NCBI RefSeq assembly: GCF_964204645.1
Contig: NC_134025.1
Location: forward strand, 3,472,001 to 3,536,000
Reading direction: 5' to 3'
Origin: Tubulanus polymorphus
Taxonomy: Eukaryota; Animalia; Nemertea
Length of the DNA: 64,000 nt
Positions 24,584 through 39,500 of the stretch are shown here, piece by piece (position 1 is the stretch's first letter; each line of letters starts with the position of its first letter). Below the pieces are notes generated by a model. That model did not search any database. It saw only the letters and a program-made list of their open reading frames with translations, and was not told the DNA's origin. Both the position numbers and the translations under genes were made by a program.

Positions 24584-27500
24584 ATGTGGCAAAGATTATC
24601 AGGATTAGCCCAGACTGTACAGGGCCATGAACAACAACAACAACATGAGGGCACAGATGCTGCTGATACAAGTGTAGAACTTGAGGAACAACATAAAATC
24701 ATGGAACAGCTTAAAACTATGATCAGAGAGAAAGATGAGGGTTTGAAAGTTAAAGATAAAGAGCTTCAGGTTAGTAGCGTTTATCTTCTTTGTCTATCGT
24801 TTCTTCATTGGGTGATGTCTGGAGATTTTTCATCATTCAATTTTTAGGATGTTAATGCAAAATTATCGAAGACCAGACTCCAGGCTAAAGCTAAAGTTGC
24901 CAGTTTAACAGCTCAGTTAGAGGAAATAAAAAAAGGCATATCGGATAGTACGGAAAAGGTTTGTTGCAATCGTACTTTAATCTTATATTTTTCAAAATTT
25001 GCATTAGTAAGCTTATACTCAATTTTAACATGTTTTTAGAGTTCAGAAGCATCTGATGATAGTTCAGAACAAGCCAGTAGAGGAAAACTTTTGATATTGA
25101 AAAAGAAATTGCAAGAAAAAGATGCAGTCATTGCAGAGAAACAAAAAGTTATTGATGATAACGAAACCATGGTTAGAAATTTGATAACATACAATGAATA
25201 ATGATATCTTCTGGTGTATGTCTTCTGAGTTGAACTAAGAAGTTTTTAATGTATATTTTAAGGTCACAGCTAAAGAACGGGTTATTGCTGAGAGGGATAA
25301 GATCATTGAGACTTACAAAGAGCAGCTTGCAGAAACCCAGGAAATGATGGAATCTTTAAAGAGTAGTGTGGATGGCACAGGGGATGAAAATGATGACCAG
25401 GTAAGTGCATGAGTTTCACTGGTGTTACCCGGTACATGAATAGGACACATTCATATCTAAAAAGGTTTTTAATTTTCACTTTTTTTCTGTTTAATTTTCT
25501 TGAAGGATAAAATTCAAGCAATGTATGCTCAGATGGTCTACAAAGATAGCAAGATCATGGAACTAAACAATAAGATATTAGAAAATGAGAGATCAATGAT
25601 GGATCTTCAAGAACATATCAGTGAAAAAGCTCAAGTGTTAGCTGGAAGAGATAAAGCTATTCAGGTAAGTGATGCTGACACAGAATGAAATGATTATTTA
25701 TATAACAGTGATGATATCCTGAAATTCATGGTGTATTTTAGCTGATTCAAGAAGATTCCAATAAGAAAACACAGACAATTGAAGACCAGACTAGTGTTAT
25801 CGAGAATCTAACTGCGAAATTGGAGGATTATGCCACAAAACTGGGGTATTTAACTCATCAATTAGAAACTAAAAGCACTCGTGCGGATAGAGATCTTGAA
25901 TCATTTGAAAATAAGCTTCACGAAACACAGCGATATTTCGAAGAAATTTTAGCTGAAAAAGACAGCGAAATGACCAGTTTGAAAGAGCTGATTCGTGAAA
26001 AAGATGTCGAATTGTCAGCACGTGAATCTGATATCAAAGAGCTTTTACGTCGTCATGAAGATGAAATCTCAAAATTAACATCAACGGCAGATGGAGATGA
26101 TATGCAAAACCAAGTAAGTACACTTTCACTTATTTTAGTGTAGCCTTGTATATAATAGTTGTACCTTATTGAATTTGTATTCTATTTATTCTTAGTTGAT
26201 GAAAATGATGGAACAAAAGTTAAAAGATACTCAAGAATTGTTAGATGGTAAGGTCAAGGTTATTCAAGTACTACAGGCTGAAATCGGTGAAAAGGAAAAG
26301 GCTCTGCTCAAAAATGGAACTTCCATTAAAACATTATCCGAAAAGCTTGAAATGACTCAGGAACAAATGAGATTAATGCAAGAAAACTTTGTCTTCCTCG
26401 AAACTGAACTAAAGGAAGAAAAGAATTGTTTAGAGGAACAGTTGAATGAAATGCAAGAAAAACATGAATCAGAACTTAGTGAAAAGGAAATTCAAATCGA
26501 AAGTATAAAACTGGCAATGTCACAATATGAAACGGGTTATAACGAAGCTTCATCTCGTTGTAATACAATACATGAACAATATACAGGATTACAATTACAA
26601 TATGAGAAACTATTAGCTGAAAAAACATCACAAGAATCGACTCAATCCGATACGTCTGAAGAAATGATGAAAGAATTGCAGACTAAATTAAAAACCAAAG
26701 ATCAGCAGGTTGAAGCGATGAGGTCGAAACTGAAAGAAGCTGCTGTTAAATATGAACAAAAGATGATGAAAGTAAAAGCGAATCACGCTGGTAAAATGAA
26801 ATCATTACAGCAGCAATTAGAAGAATTGAAGAAGGTGAGTTTGATACATGTTAGACTTGCTGTAAGGTTACAACACATTTGACAGGTGACTATGATTAAA
26901 AGTTGAATTTATTCTATTTTTAGGATAATGACCTCGCCGAAGAAGTTATATCTCTGAAGAATGACATTGCTGTTCTTGAGGATGAAAAAGGTAACCTGCA
27001 GCTGAGAACATTAGAGTTGGAGGAGGCAGCCAATGAGAAAGGTGAAAATGCAAAACAAATCCGCATGTTTGGTGGTTAAAGGCTGCAGTTTTATGGTTTT
27101 ATTCTCCCTTCATTTTCCATCTTTACTAAATTTTCAGTTTCTTGGTGTTTTGAACCTATTTATCACTGAAACCAAGTCTTCTTCAATTTTCTGTTTTTCG
27201 ATCCAAGTGAGTCGGTATTAATGTTTTACATCTGTATGTATTTTACAGCAACGTTGGAGAGTCGTATATTATCACTTGAAAACGAACGTGAAGTGGACAC
27301 TAAACAAATGGAATCACTGTCTACTCAGCTCGTTAAACAGAAAGAAGAAAACAATGAATTAAAATCCCGAATGCAGGAGCTTAATGTTTCGAACCAACAG
27401 GTTAGTATTAAACATAAAATAAAGGTTGACAATGCCACTTTACTGCGCATTAATTACTGGTATTTTCAATCTATTATTATTCGCACAGAACCAAGTCGAA

Positions 27501-30500
27501 CATGAAAAGCAACAGCAAAACATAGTGGCAGATATGAAAACCAATATTGAAGAATTAAAGCAGTTTAACACGAAGCTACAAGAAGAGAGGGACAATGAGA
27601 AGAAAAACCGTGTTGCATTTGAAATGAAACTAGTCGAATATGAAGAATACAAGAAGCATGCAGAAATGGACATTGTAAGTATCTTACATACACTCAATGT
27701 AATGAATGATATACTGGATTGAACAACTTACTATTACATGAATTTTATGAATTTCATTTGTAGGCTAATATGAATAAATCAATTGAAGAATTGACTGAAG
27801 AGGTTTCTAAATTTACTAAACAGCTAGAAGAAGCACAGCAAATTAATCACCAGCTACAAGAAGAGAAGGTTACTGCCGAAATCAAAATGGCTGAAATAGA
27901 AGAACAGAGAGATGGTATGGTTAATTGGTTTCTGCTATCAAGATGATAGGTCAACTTCGCGTCATTGTACTCAGCTATAGATATTGAGTAATTGGTTGTC
28001 TATTTGTATTTCAGGTTTAGAAGCGGTTCAGCAAGAAAAACTGAAAGAGATAGCTCAGTTGCATGAAAGAATGGAGCGTGACAAGCAACCAGCAATTGCA
28101 TTTGAAAAGGAAAACGAACAACTGAATTTACAGGTATGTGAATATCAATTTGTTTAAATGCAATACCCCGATATTTATTGAAGCAAGCTAGATATCTATT
28201 GATGCATGATTTATCTTGATTTTTAATGTAGCTGACAGAAACTGTCGACAAACTAAAGAAATCGGAAAGTCAGACAAATCAGTTGGGAGAAGAAGTTTCT
28301 AGTCTGAAATCATCTAATGCAGATCTCAACGACCTGAAATTACGATATGAATCGGAACTTCACGATCTCAAAATCAAGATTGATGATTTATTAGTTTATA
28401 AGGTAAACAAAAGTTAATTTCAAAGAGCTTAAGCAATATGACTAATTTTTACATGACATTTCTTTAGTTGTCAGTGGTCTTTTGCAGGACAAATGTGGTG
28501 ATCTCCAGAATGATTTTGATGAACTTAGCAAAGAAATTCAACAGATCCAGTCATCTCGTGTAGAGGTATTACAACGAAATAATGAACTGATTGTATCGTT
28601 AAATGCTCAAAAACAAGAATGCGAAACTTTAAAAGCGACCATTGAAAGCACTAAGTTAGAACTGGAATCAAATAGTCAAGCACTTTCTAACAAAGAAATC
28701 GAAATTTCAACATTCTGTGCCAAATTTGCGAATCGTGAAGCGACTTTAGCAGAACTGCAGGTTCAAATTGAACAGCGAGAAGACCATCTTAATCGTTTGG
28801 TGACTGAGAACTCTGACATGAATTCAACTATTGCTCAGTATAAACACAATTTGGAGGAAGTGAACAATGAACTAAAATCGCAACAACATTTGACCAAGGC
28901 TGATAAAGAGCAATTTAACTTAGATGTTGCTCGTCTGGAAAGTGAAATCGAAAATTTGAATTCCATACATTCAGCTGAAAAAGATCAGTTAAAGCAATCA
29001 ATACAGGAATACGAATCAAGATTAGCAGAAATGAATGATTGTTTACAGAAAAAAGAAGTTGATTTGGAATCACTTGGCAAAAATCTCGATGAAACAAATT
29101 CATTTATTGTCTCATTAAAAGCTGAATTAAAAGATAAAGATACCAAAATCCATGAAAAAGATTCGCAACTTCTTAAATATGAGCGTGAAATTGAATTGAT
29201 TAAAGAGGGACAGAGTGAAGAAGGGAAAAAGATTGAAACAAAGATCCAGTCATTATTAAACCAGATGTCTGATATGGAAAATGAGGTTTCATCATTGCAA
29301 CAGTCTAAAAGTGATAGAGATTCGAGAATCTGTGAACTTGAAAATACTGTTCAGTCAAAGATTGATGAGCTGAACACATTGAAAGATGAATTTGACACCC
29401 AAGTTTCTAAGTTGAATGAACTGATAAAATCTAAAGATGACCAGATACATGCAATTCAAAATGATCTTATTGAGGCTCTTCATCTTGCAAGAGAAAAGGA
29501 AATGAAATATCTACAGGATATTCAACAATTGACTGAAATAAACAATGGATTGTCTGCCAGTGAAGATAAACTGAAGGTAGAACTTGCAAATTCTCAAAAA
29601 GAACTTGGTGATAAAGGAAATAACGTAGATGTGCTTGAAAAAAGTATTGCTGATGTGGAAAATAAATTCAAAAAAGCAATTGATGAAAAAGAAGAGAAAA
29701 TGTGCTCCCTCGTGACGAATTTGAATGAATTAAAGGATGAACTTCAGAATTATGTGTCTGATAATGAAAAGCTTAAAACATTGTTAGAAGGTGGATACAA
29801 TGAAATAGATATTATGAAAAGTAACTTGATTGAAAAAGATAAGTTGATTGATATTCTGGATACCTCGGATCAGAAGCACATGACAAAATGTCTCGAGCTT
29901 GAAAAACTCTGCGAACGGAATGAGGAGAAAATAGTTGAACTGGAGAAATCTTTGAGTGGTAAAACGGCTGAGCTTGAAGAAATGAAAGTATGTATTGATA
30001 GTGCAAATGAAGAAATTGAAAAGCAGCATGCCGATACCTCTGGTAAAGATATGCAAATTAATCAATTGACTGGTAACATAGATAACCTTGTCAAGGAGAA
30101 AGATTTATTGGAGTCTGCATTATCAAATTTAAAAGCAGAGCATGAAACTCGAATTGCTGAGCTAACTGATTTACAAGATGAACTTGATAAAGCACACAAT
30201 GCTGTGATAAGCAAGGACAAGACAATTGAGAATATGGTGGAGAATGCAGAAGTTTTGACAAGTCAGGTTCAGGCATATTTGACACAAAAAGAACATTACC
30301 AGACAAGGATGGAAGAATTAATGAAAAATGTTGATGACGTGAATGCTAGTATTGTAGAAAAGGATGAAACAATAAATTGTTTAAATGAGAGTATGGGTGA
30401 AATGAAGACTCAATTAAATGCTTGCACCAGTGAAATAGAAAATCTCCATTGCCAACTAGAAACTTCTATCACTGATGTTGGTAACCATAGTAAAGAACTT

Positions 30501-33500
30501 AAGGACAGAGAAATTGAATTAAATCGGCTAGCTGAACAATTACAAGCAAAGGAAACTGAGGTTGTTAGGTTGGAAGAAAATATTCAGTTACTCAATGTAC
30601 AGTTGGGTGCTGACAGTAATAAGTTTTCGGAGTTAATGGAAAAAAGCAGAAGTGATGTTGATAAGTTGTTGCAAGAGAAACAGGCTTTAGAAGAAGAATT
30701 ATCAGGGGTGAAACAAGATGTTATTTCTTTGAAAAAACAAATCGAGGAACAAAGGGAAATGTTTACTAATGCACAGCATCAGCTTGAGGCTAGTAATTCA
30801 AAATCTGATATGTTGGAGAAGATGGTTGAACAGCTTCAATCTGGAATAGCAAGTAATGATGAAAAAATAACAGCCTTATTGCATGAAAAAGACAATTTAT
30901 TAGAATCAAAATATCTTGAGATAACTGCTTTGAGGTCTGAAATAGAAAATGCAAATGAAAAAGCTAAATCTGTCGGAGAACTCCTGTTAGAGAAGGAGAG
31001 AATAGTTGAATCAAATAAGCAGATCTATGCTCAGCTTGAAGGTACCCTGAAAGAAAATTCAGATGCATTCACAGAAAAAGAGAAAGCATTGTTAGACAAG
31101 TGTGAATCGTTAGACATGGCTCTGCAGGAAACACAAATGAGAGAACAGGTTTTAAAAAGTCAAAAAGAACAGTTGAACTCTGCTCTATTAGAAAAAGAAG
31201 AAAGATTGAAGTATCATGAAGAACAAATTGATATCACAAAGGAGGGTCTAAAAGAGAAAGATCAAGTTATAGAGCAAATGGAAAATATTCTTTCACAAAA
31301 AGAAAGCAGTTTACTCACCCTGAAAGAGGAAATGGTTCAAATCCAACGAAATGTATCAGAAAAGCAAGAGGCTTGTAGAGTTCAAACTGAGCAGATTTCA
31401 AGTTTGGAAGAGAAGAATGCACAATTACAAGAAAAAGTGAACATGGCTAAAGAAAGAAGTTGTGATCTTCAAACAGAGTTGGATGCTACTGTCAATGAGA
31501 AGGAATCCCTTCAAGAAAAACTGACAGATTTTGTTAAAGTGCACAGTGAATTATCTCAAGAACATGAACTATTGCTCCAACAAACTAAAGTATCCGAAGC
31601 CAATCTAGTTGCATCCATTGATGGTAAGAATACTGAAATAGCTGCTTATGGTTCACAGCTTGAACGTCTTCAGTTGCAAATGGTTGATTTGAATGACACG
31701 AACCAGGCTTGCAGATCTGATTTAGCTGATAGAGATATAAAACTTAACCAACTGGAGAAGATGGTAGCAGCTCTCAAAGAAAACCTATTGTCAAAGCAAA
31801 CCTCTGAGGCTGAGCTTCTATCTGGAATAAGTGAAAAAGATGAACAAATAGCAAGAATATTGCTAGAACAAGAGGAAAATGCCAAAGTCCGGCATCGTGA
31901 ACTTGGAGAACTCAAGTCAGAAATTTATAGTGCCAACCAAGGAATAAAAACAATGCAAAGTGTTGTCGAAGATAAAGAGAAAATTATTAAATCCAATACG
32001 GTCATAGTCGAAGAGCTTACAGAAAAAGTTGAGTCATTGCACATTGCATTGAAAGAGGTCCAACTGAGAGAAAATGTATTGCATACAGAAAAAGAAGATT
32101 TGAATAAACTTCTCAAGGAAAATGTTAACACATTAACAATAAGAGAACAACAGCTACTAACTTCTCAAGAAGGCATACAGGAAAGAGACGATAGATTGGA
32201 ACAGTTTGAAAACTTGATAGCAAAAAGTAAAGAAGATTTATTAGCTTCATCTGAAGAAAATGTCGAAATAAAAACTGCACTCTCAAACCAGCAAGGGGCT
32301 CTTGAAAATAGAGAAGTACAAATAATTAATCTCAATTCTAAACTCAAAGAACAACAGGAACAATTAGAGAATTTTGAAATGCAAGTCCAGCAGATTCCTG
32401 GTTTGAAAGAGCAAATAGTTTGCTTGCAAGCGACACTTGAAGACATTCGACAACAAGAAGATGTGAAAAAGTTCACTGCAGATGAAAAGGATCAAGCTAA
32501 TCGTAATTTACAAGAGAAAATTGCCGAATTAACAGGACAGTTAGAAGGCAACCTTTTTACAAAAGTTTCTCTTGAACAGAAGATCGTAGATTTCGAAAAA
32601 AGTAGTACTGAAATGGAGATGGCCCTTGATGCAGCAGCTATTAAGAACACAAAGATTTCCTTAGATTTAAGAGAAGTTCTAGTTAAGAATGAAGAATATG
32701 AAAGTCAACTTAAGCAGTGTGCCATTGATAGGGCTGAAATAGAAGAACACGTGGGCCATTTGAATCAGAAAAATGCTGAACTTAAAGATCATATTGATAC
32801 GTTGGTGAAAAGCAAATCTGAAATTGATGAAAAAGCTGTCGAATCATCACAAATGAACAAGGATTTGCTTAGACGGGTGGAAGAATTGAATGAACTAAAA
32901 AATCAACAAGATGCACACATTATGGAACTCATTAAAACCAACTCTGCACTTGAGAATAACATAGCTGAAATGAGAGTTCATGAAGAAGAGCTCATGCGTG
33001 TGGTAGATGATAAACAATTGTTATTAGACATGAACCACAAAGAGGTCACATCCCTTAAAAACAACATCGACGAAATGAGCAAACAGTGTGCTCGTTATGA
33101 TTCAGAATTTAATAAGTTGCAAGAACTCATTGAAAATTATAAAATAAGACAAGATGAATTAGAGGCTGAATTACAGACCAAAGAGGCTAAAATACAAACA
33201 CTTATTGTTGAATTAAATCATCGAGATAGTGGGATGGCATCTATGCTTGATTCTGAACAAGAGAGCAGCAGTAGACTGAAACAGCTAGAAGCTGAAATTT
33301 TATCTCTCAAAACTGACCTTGATTTAGCTAAAGTTAATGAAGACCAATTTAACAACCTAGTTGCAGATAAGGATACAAAATTGAATCAACTAATCAATGA
33401 GGTATCAGACGCTGAAGAGAAAGCTAAAATGCTTTCTAAGTCACTTGCGGATGTTACGGAAGAATTAACTGCAGCCAAAGAAGTTTCTTCTCAATTAAGG

Positions 33501-36500
33501 TCTGAGCTTGAGGCTAGTCAGCAATCTGCAGATGAGGTAGCTGCACGTGATAAGAAGCTTGCCATTATCACTCAAAAAGCAAAAGCCTTTAAATTGCAAA
33601 ATCAAAATCTGGCATCTGAAGTGAAGCGTCTTACTACTGATCTTGAAGATGTGACTGCAGAGAAAACTGAACTAGAAAATATCCTTTCAGAAAAAGAAGC
33701 TAAATTGAATGATCTTTCAATGGTATCGTCGAATCCATCATTTTCTGTTCATGGTGACTTCCAACAACAAATTCTTGATCTCATGGAAGAAATTGAAAAT
33801 CTTAAAAAAGAAATCCAAAAGCTACAGGAAGAAAACGAAAGTAGAGGAATTGAAATTACTCATCTCAGCAGCCAGATTGAAATAAAAAATGTCGAATTAG
33901 ATAATCTATCAGCTCAGCTGAACTCCCTTCTGGAGCAGAGCAAATCTAAAGATGATGAGGTCACACTGCTCCACAATCAGATTGATGACAGAAATTTGCA
34001 GTTAGCAAACTTGTCTGCAGATTTTGACTCGATTCAAAAAGAATGTGACAGTCTGAAGGCAAATCTTCCAAAAGTTCCAGTTCAAAGGATGCAAGAATTA
34101 CTCACAGAAAAATCAAATACAGTCAATCTGCTTAACTCCAGTATAGCTGATATGGATGTTAGAATACAGTCTTATGAAGATGAAATTGAAAAAATAACTA
34201 TTATTTGTAAGGATCAAAGTGTTGAAATAGAGAAGATTATGGCGGAGACATTGGAAAAGGAAAATAATTTCAGTAAAGTGAAGTCTGACCTTGAACTAAA
34301 ACTTGCTGAACTGAATGGTGTTGTCTTTGAAAAAGAAAATGAAATTAAGTCCCTTAATGACAATGTTGCTGAAATGGATAAACAAATTCAGCAAAATACC
34401 GCAGAAATGGAGAGTTTACAAGCAAGATTTGAATCTTCAAATAAGGGTTTAGAGTCTATCATGAATTATTTTGCCAAACCAGAAGGGTCGACCTCTACTA
34501 CTTCAATAATTGAAAGCATACAGCTAATGAATACTCAGATGCAAGAATACTCTAGTGAAAACGAAAAACTCCGCACAAATTTCCAAAAAGCGAAAAAGGT
34601 TATTGAAGCTATGAAGTTAAGAATATCTGAAAAAGAAAAGAAGATAACATCGTTGGAAGAAGAAATAAAAGCATCAGCTCCTAACTTTGAGAAAACTGAT
34701 GACAGCAGTCCTGATGATATACAAGTGACACATCTTCAAGCGAAAGTTCTAGCAACAATGGAGGAATTAGAAGTTGAGCGTTCAAAGGTGACAAATCTTG
34801 AGTTGCAGTTGGCTAAGAATGCTGATTCACATTTGGAATCTAAGGTGGATAATTCTGATCAGGAAATTGAACTTCTCAATGAAAGTCTAAAGGAACAGTT
34901 GGCATTGGTACAGGAAGCGCATCAAACCCTTGAGGAATTACAAAGTTCTTTATCGGAGAAAGAGGACAATCTGAAGTCTGTGGAAGAAAAGCTTGAGATT
35001 GTTGAAGCTGAAAAGAGAGTTAAAATCACATCGCTCTCTGAAAATCTTCAAGAGAATAAATTGTTACTTACTGGATACATTGAGAAGTGTGAAAAACTAA
35101 AATCTGGTCTTGACGATATGACAAAGAAATATGAAATTCTTGAAGCTCAAACAACTGAAAAAGATACTAAAATACAGGATTTGAATGCTCGTCTGACAGA
35201 TCGTGAATTACAACACAAAAAGCTGGTAGTGATTGCCAAAAAGTTGAAAATGCAAACACAGAAATCTGATTCTGATGAAGAATTCGTAAAACTTAAAGAA
35301 AAAAAGGAGGAATTAGAAAAAGAATGTGAATTTATGAAATCTGAAACACAGGAAAAATCTCAACTAATTGAACTTTTGACTTCTGAAAAACAATCTGGTG
35401 AGCTGAAGTATGAGCAACTGTTGGTCAAATCGCAAGAGTATAAAGACAAAATAATGCAGTACCAAAAAAATCTAGAGATGCTACAAAATGAAAAAGAGAA
35501 TATAGAAATTGAATGTCAAAGTACCCTGTTAAGTAAGGCTAGCAGTGAGCAAGAATCAATACAGAAAAATAGTAGTCTTCAAGACAAAGATAAAATAATC
35601 AGTGATCTTACTGGAGAAATAAAGATAAACATAGAACAGTGTGACAACCTGAAACTCTTAGTCCAAGATAATCAACTGAAAATAGATGAATTAGAAACTA
35701 AATTGAGATGTGCACAAGATGAGAAGGAAAATGCAGAAATTGATATGCAAAAGCTTATCATTGAAAAAGATAAACTAGAGAAGGTTAATGCTGAGCATAG
35801 TGATAATGCTGTAAAATTCAAGTTTCTTGAAGAGCAGTGTAAGATGTTGGAAGATAAGCTAACAATTGATTCGCAGGAAACATCTGATAAAATCAATATT
35901 TTGAACTCAAAACTGCATCAGCAAGATAAAGAAGTGACCATATTGAAAGCTGATGTAAAACGATATCAACAGAAAAATGAAGCTTTGGAACTGAAAATGC
36001 AAACCATGACAAATGATAAAGAAAACCTTGAAATTGATCTTCAAAACTTGCTGATGGAAAAAACTAAGATTGAAAAAGACTTGGAAATGGCTGAACGTTC
36101 AAATCAGGTCAAGGTTATACAAGAACAATTACTGTTAGTTGAATCTGAATTAAATGAAAAAGACAGAAAACTTGATGAAAATGATTTAAAATTGAAAAGA
36201 TTTGAAGAAGTTGTTGAGAAAAGTCAGGCTGATTTAGAACATTTATCTGGGAAAATTACTTTGCTACAAAAGGAAATAGCTGAGGTGCATTTGCCAGCGA
36301 AAGAAAATCTCATTCAACAGTTAGAACAAGAAAAGTTTGATCATGAAAACGTTAAATTAGCCTGGGAGAAATTAAATGAAGATGTAAGAAAGCAAAATAA
36401 CCGCCTAGAAGAAAATAAAAAAGCTGAAAATCAAGTGAAAATGTTGATGTCAGAACTTGAACTACTTCAGTGTTTGGTTCAAGATAGAGACACATCAGTT

Positions 36501-39500
36501 CAATTGCTGAATGATGACTTGGAACTTATGAAATTGATGCATGGTGCACAAGAAGCTGAGTTAGCTACGTTTAAGAAAGTCAATGAAACAACTATTTCTG
36601 AACCAGCTGATACCAATGAAAGCACGGAACTTGCCTCGGTTAAATATGAACGAAATATACTTGTAAGTGAAAAGAATGCACTGATAACCCAATTGAAAGA
36701 AGCTAAGGAAGCGAAAGAATTGTTGCTGAAGGAAGTAAATGAAAAAGATGGTTTGATATCTCAGTTTGAAACAAGGGCCAATGCTGTTTTGAGACAAGAA
36801 GGCGAAGTCATTGAGATTCAGACTCTAAGTGATCGTATCATAAATCTTTCTGCACACAATGATAAACTCAGTGCTGAGAATGAAAAATTAAAATGTGAAA
36901 TAACAAAGGCGAGGTCGTCGCTTGCTCAAATAGATCAAGCTAAATCTGAGAGAAATAGAATGAAGGCAGCCTATCAAAAGGTTTCTGCAAACCTTGAGGC
37001 GGCTAATCAAGAGAAACTAAACCTAGAGAAGCAGTTGAATGAGTTGAAACTGAAATATAAAGGCGGTGATGAAATCAAGGAGGTATTATTGCCAGTTACA
37101 CAGACTGTTCATTGTGAAGAGGAAAAATTGAGGCAGAGTGCGAGTCAGCCTGGCAGAGGTTCAGAACAAGATGACGAACTAGTGAAATCATTGGATGAAT
37201 TATCAGAAAGACATGCAGCTCTTCAACTTGAACATGATCGCTTGAAGACGAGATTAGACATGACAGAAATCAAATCTGAAAAGATGTTGGCCAAGTTGAA
37301 ACAGTTTAAAGATAAAAATGACAAATTGCAAATTCAAGTGCAAGAATTTTCGTCCAAGTATGATAAGGCTGATGATGATCTCCGTAGATCAGGAAGTCAA
37401 AATGCAGAAGATAAGTCACGACTCCACCGCACTATTGACAATATGCGTTCACAGTTATGTTCTGCTGATGATCGCATTCAAGTTCTAGAAGTGCGTCTAC
37501 GTCAACAACATGCTAATATGGGTGATGATAGTCTTGTAGGTGAATTGGACAGTTTGAGGGATGAATTAGAGACTGTTAAACGAGAAAAGACAAACACTAT
37601 TTCTGAAATCAAAGAACAGAAACTAGAATTGGAGGGCCAGGTTCAGGCTCTACAGTCTATGAAGGCCTACCTTGAAAAGGAAAAGGATGACCTCTTAGAA
37701 CAATTGGCCCTGCTTGAGGCAGATAATAAACAGCTGAAAGATGTCGTTGATACTTTAAAAGCCACCCAACAAAGTCTTGAGAAGCAAACTGATGAGCTTT
37801 CTGTTACAAATCAAGGGCTTGAAAAGTGGGTTGAAGAACAGGAAACAACAATTAATTCTCTCAAGCAGAAGAATGTGAATCTTGTAAAGCAATCTGAAGA
37901 TCTTAATGCCTCATCTTTGGTAAAAACTGAAGAATTGAAATCTCAAAAGGTGATTCTTGAAAAAGAATTATCTGAAGTTCGTTGTGACTTGGAATCAGTA
38001 ACTTGTAACCTTACTGAAATGACCAACAAGGTGGCTGACTATGAGAAAGAAAACTATAAAGAAAGGCTTGAAGCACTTGAGCATGAGTGTGAAAAATTCA
38101 AACAACAAGTTGTAGGCTTGCAAACTGAAGTTGTCAGTCTAAATCAGAAGAATGATGGATTAGAATGGAAGGTGCAAGAGCTGTGTGAAGTTGAATCAGA
38201 GGCTGAAGAATTGAGAAATAAGTTTCACTTGCTTAGAAATGAAAACACGTCTATTAGAAATGAGATGCTACAATCAAAAGCTCGAATGTTGCAGTTGCAA
38301 AATATTGAGGAAGAGTATGGAAATCTTAATGAGCAGTACAACCAACTACTTTTGGATAATGGGGATATGGTTCGGGAAATAGAGGATTTGCATTCTAAGC
38401 TAATGGACACGAAAGATATTCAGAACCAGTACGATGTATTACAAGAGGAACATGATCAAGTAATGGATGAGTTTTCTGTGATGCAAAAAGAACTAAAGGA
38501 GTATGATTGCATGAAGAAGGACTACAAATCGTTGAAGGAACAATTAAATCAATTGATTGTTGAAAGCGATGATGGTATCCAATGTAGTAAATTGTTGAAT
38601 AATGAGGGGTCCACAGATGTTCCGATGGAAGCCAGTGAGTATCAAACATCTCCATTAAAGGAAGTTGAACACAGTTTTAAAGAGAAGTTGCAGCAGATAA
38701 GGGAGCGGGAAGAGAAATGGCGAGAAAGTATTGAACATTACAAAGAAAAGGAAGAGGACTGGGAGGTAGAAAAAGAAAATTTGTGGATGCAAATTCAGGA
38801 AAAGAGCGCCACATCATTGGAGATAAGTCGCGATAACGAGCAGCTGCGTGACCAACAAAAACATCATCAGAAAGAAAATGAAATGTTGCAATCCCAGCTA
38901 GAACTTCTCAATGCTCAGTTCGAAGATTTGTTTGTAAATCAGAAGAATTCTAACATTGAAATGAAGAAATTGAAAGGAGAATGTGACAAACTTACGTCTG
39001 ATAATTCTAACTTACGAGCACAGATTTCTATGATGAAGGGTGGGAGTACCTCTCAGTACACTTCTGAAATCAAAAGATTACAAGAAGAAGCGACAAAAGC
39101 TGTTAATGAAAAAGTTCGTGCTGAAAATGAACTTTTCGAGGCTGTCCAGAATATTCATCAAGCAGATATACGGCAGCAGCAACTCAATATGCAGGTAAAT
39201 GTCTTAATGATGATGAATCCAAATATTTCGATATGTTGTTAGCTTCTCTCATGTGATTTTGGTTTATTTACTTTTCAGGTTGCTCAGCTTGTAGAGGAGA
39301 GAAATCATCTAATGATTCGTTTGAATAATACAATGAGAAGTCTACGTGAAAGGGAAGTTCAGTTAGTACATTTACAGACTGATCACGAAGCCCTCATTGC
39401 GACAAGACATCAAATGCAGTCAATGGTAAGTTTCTTCATATTCAGAGTTCCTATTATCTAATTTTATCTAGATTTCGTAGGTGGATTCAATGTAATATCT

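Noticed and set aside
28915-38655. Antisense ORFs within the giant exon
   Set aside because: Expected shadows of a biased coiled-coil codon pattern; short and without recognisable motifs.
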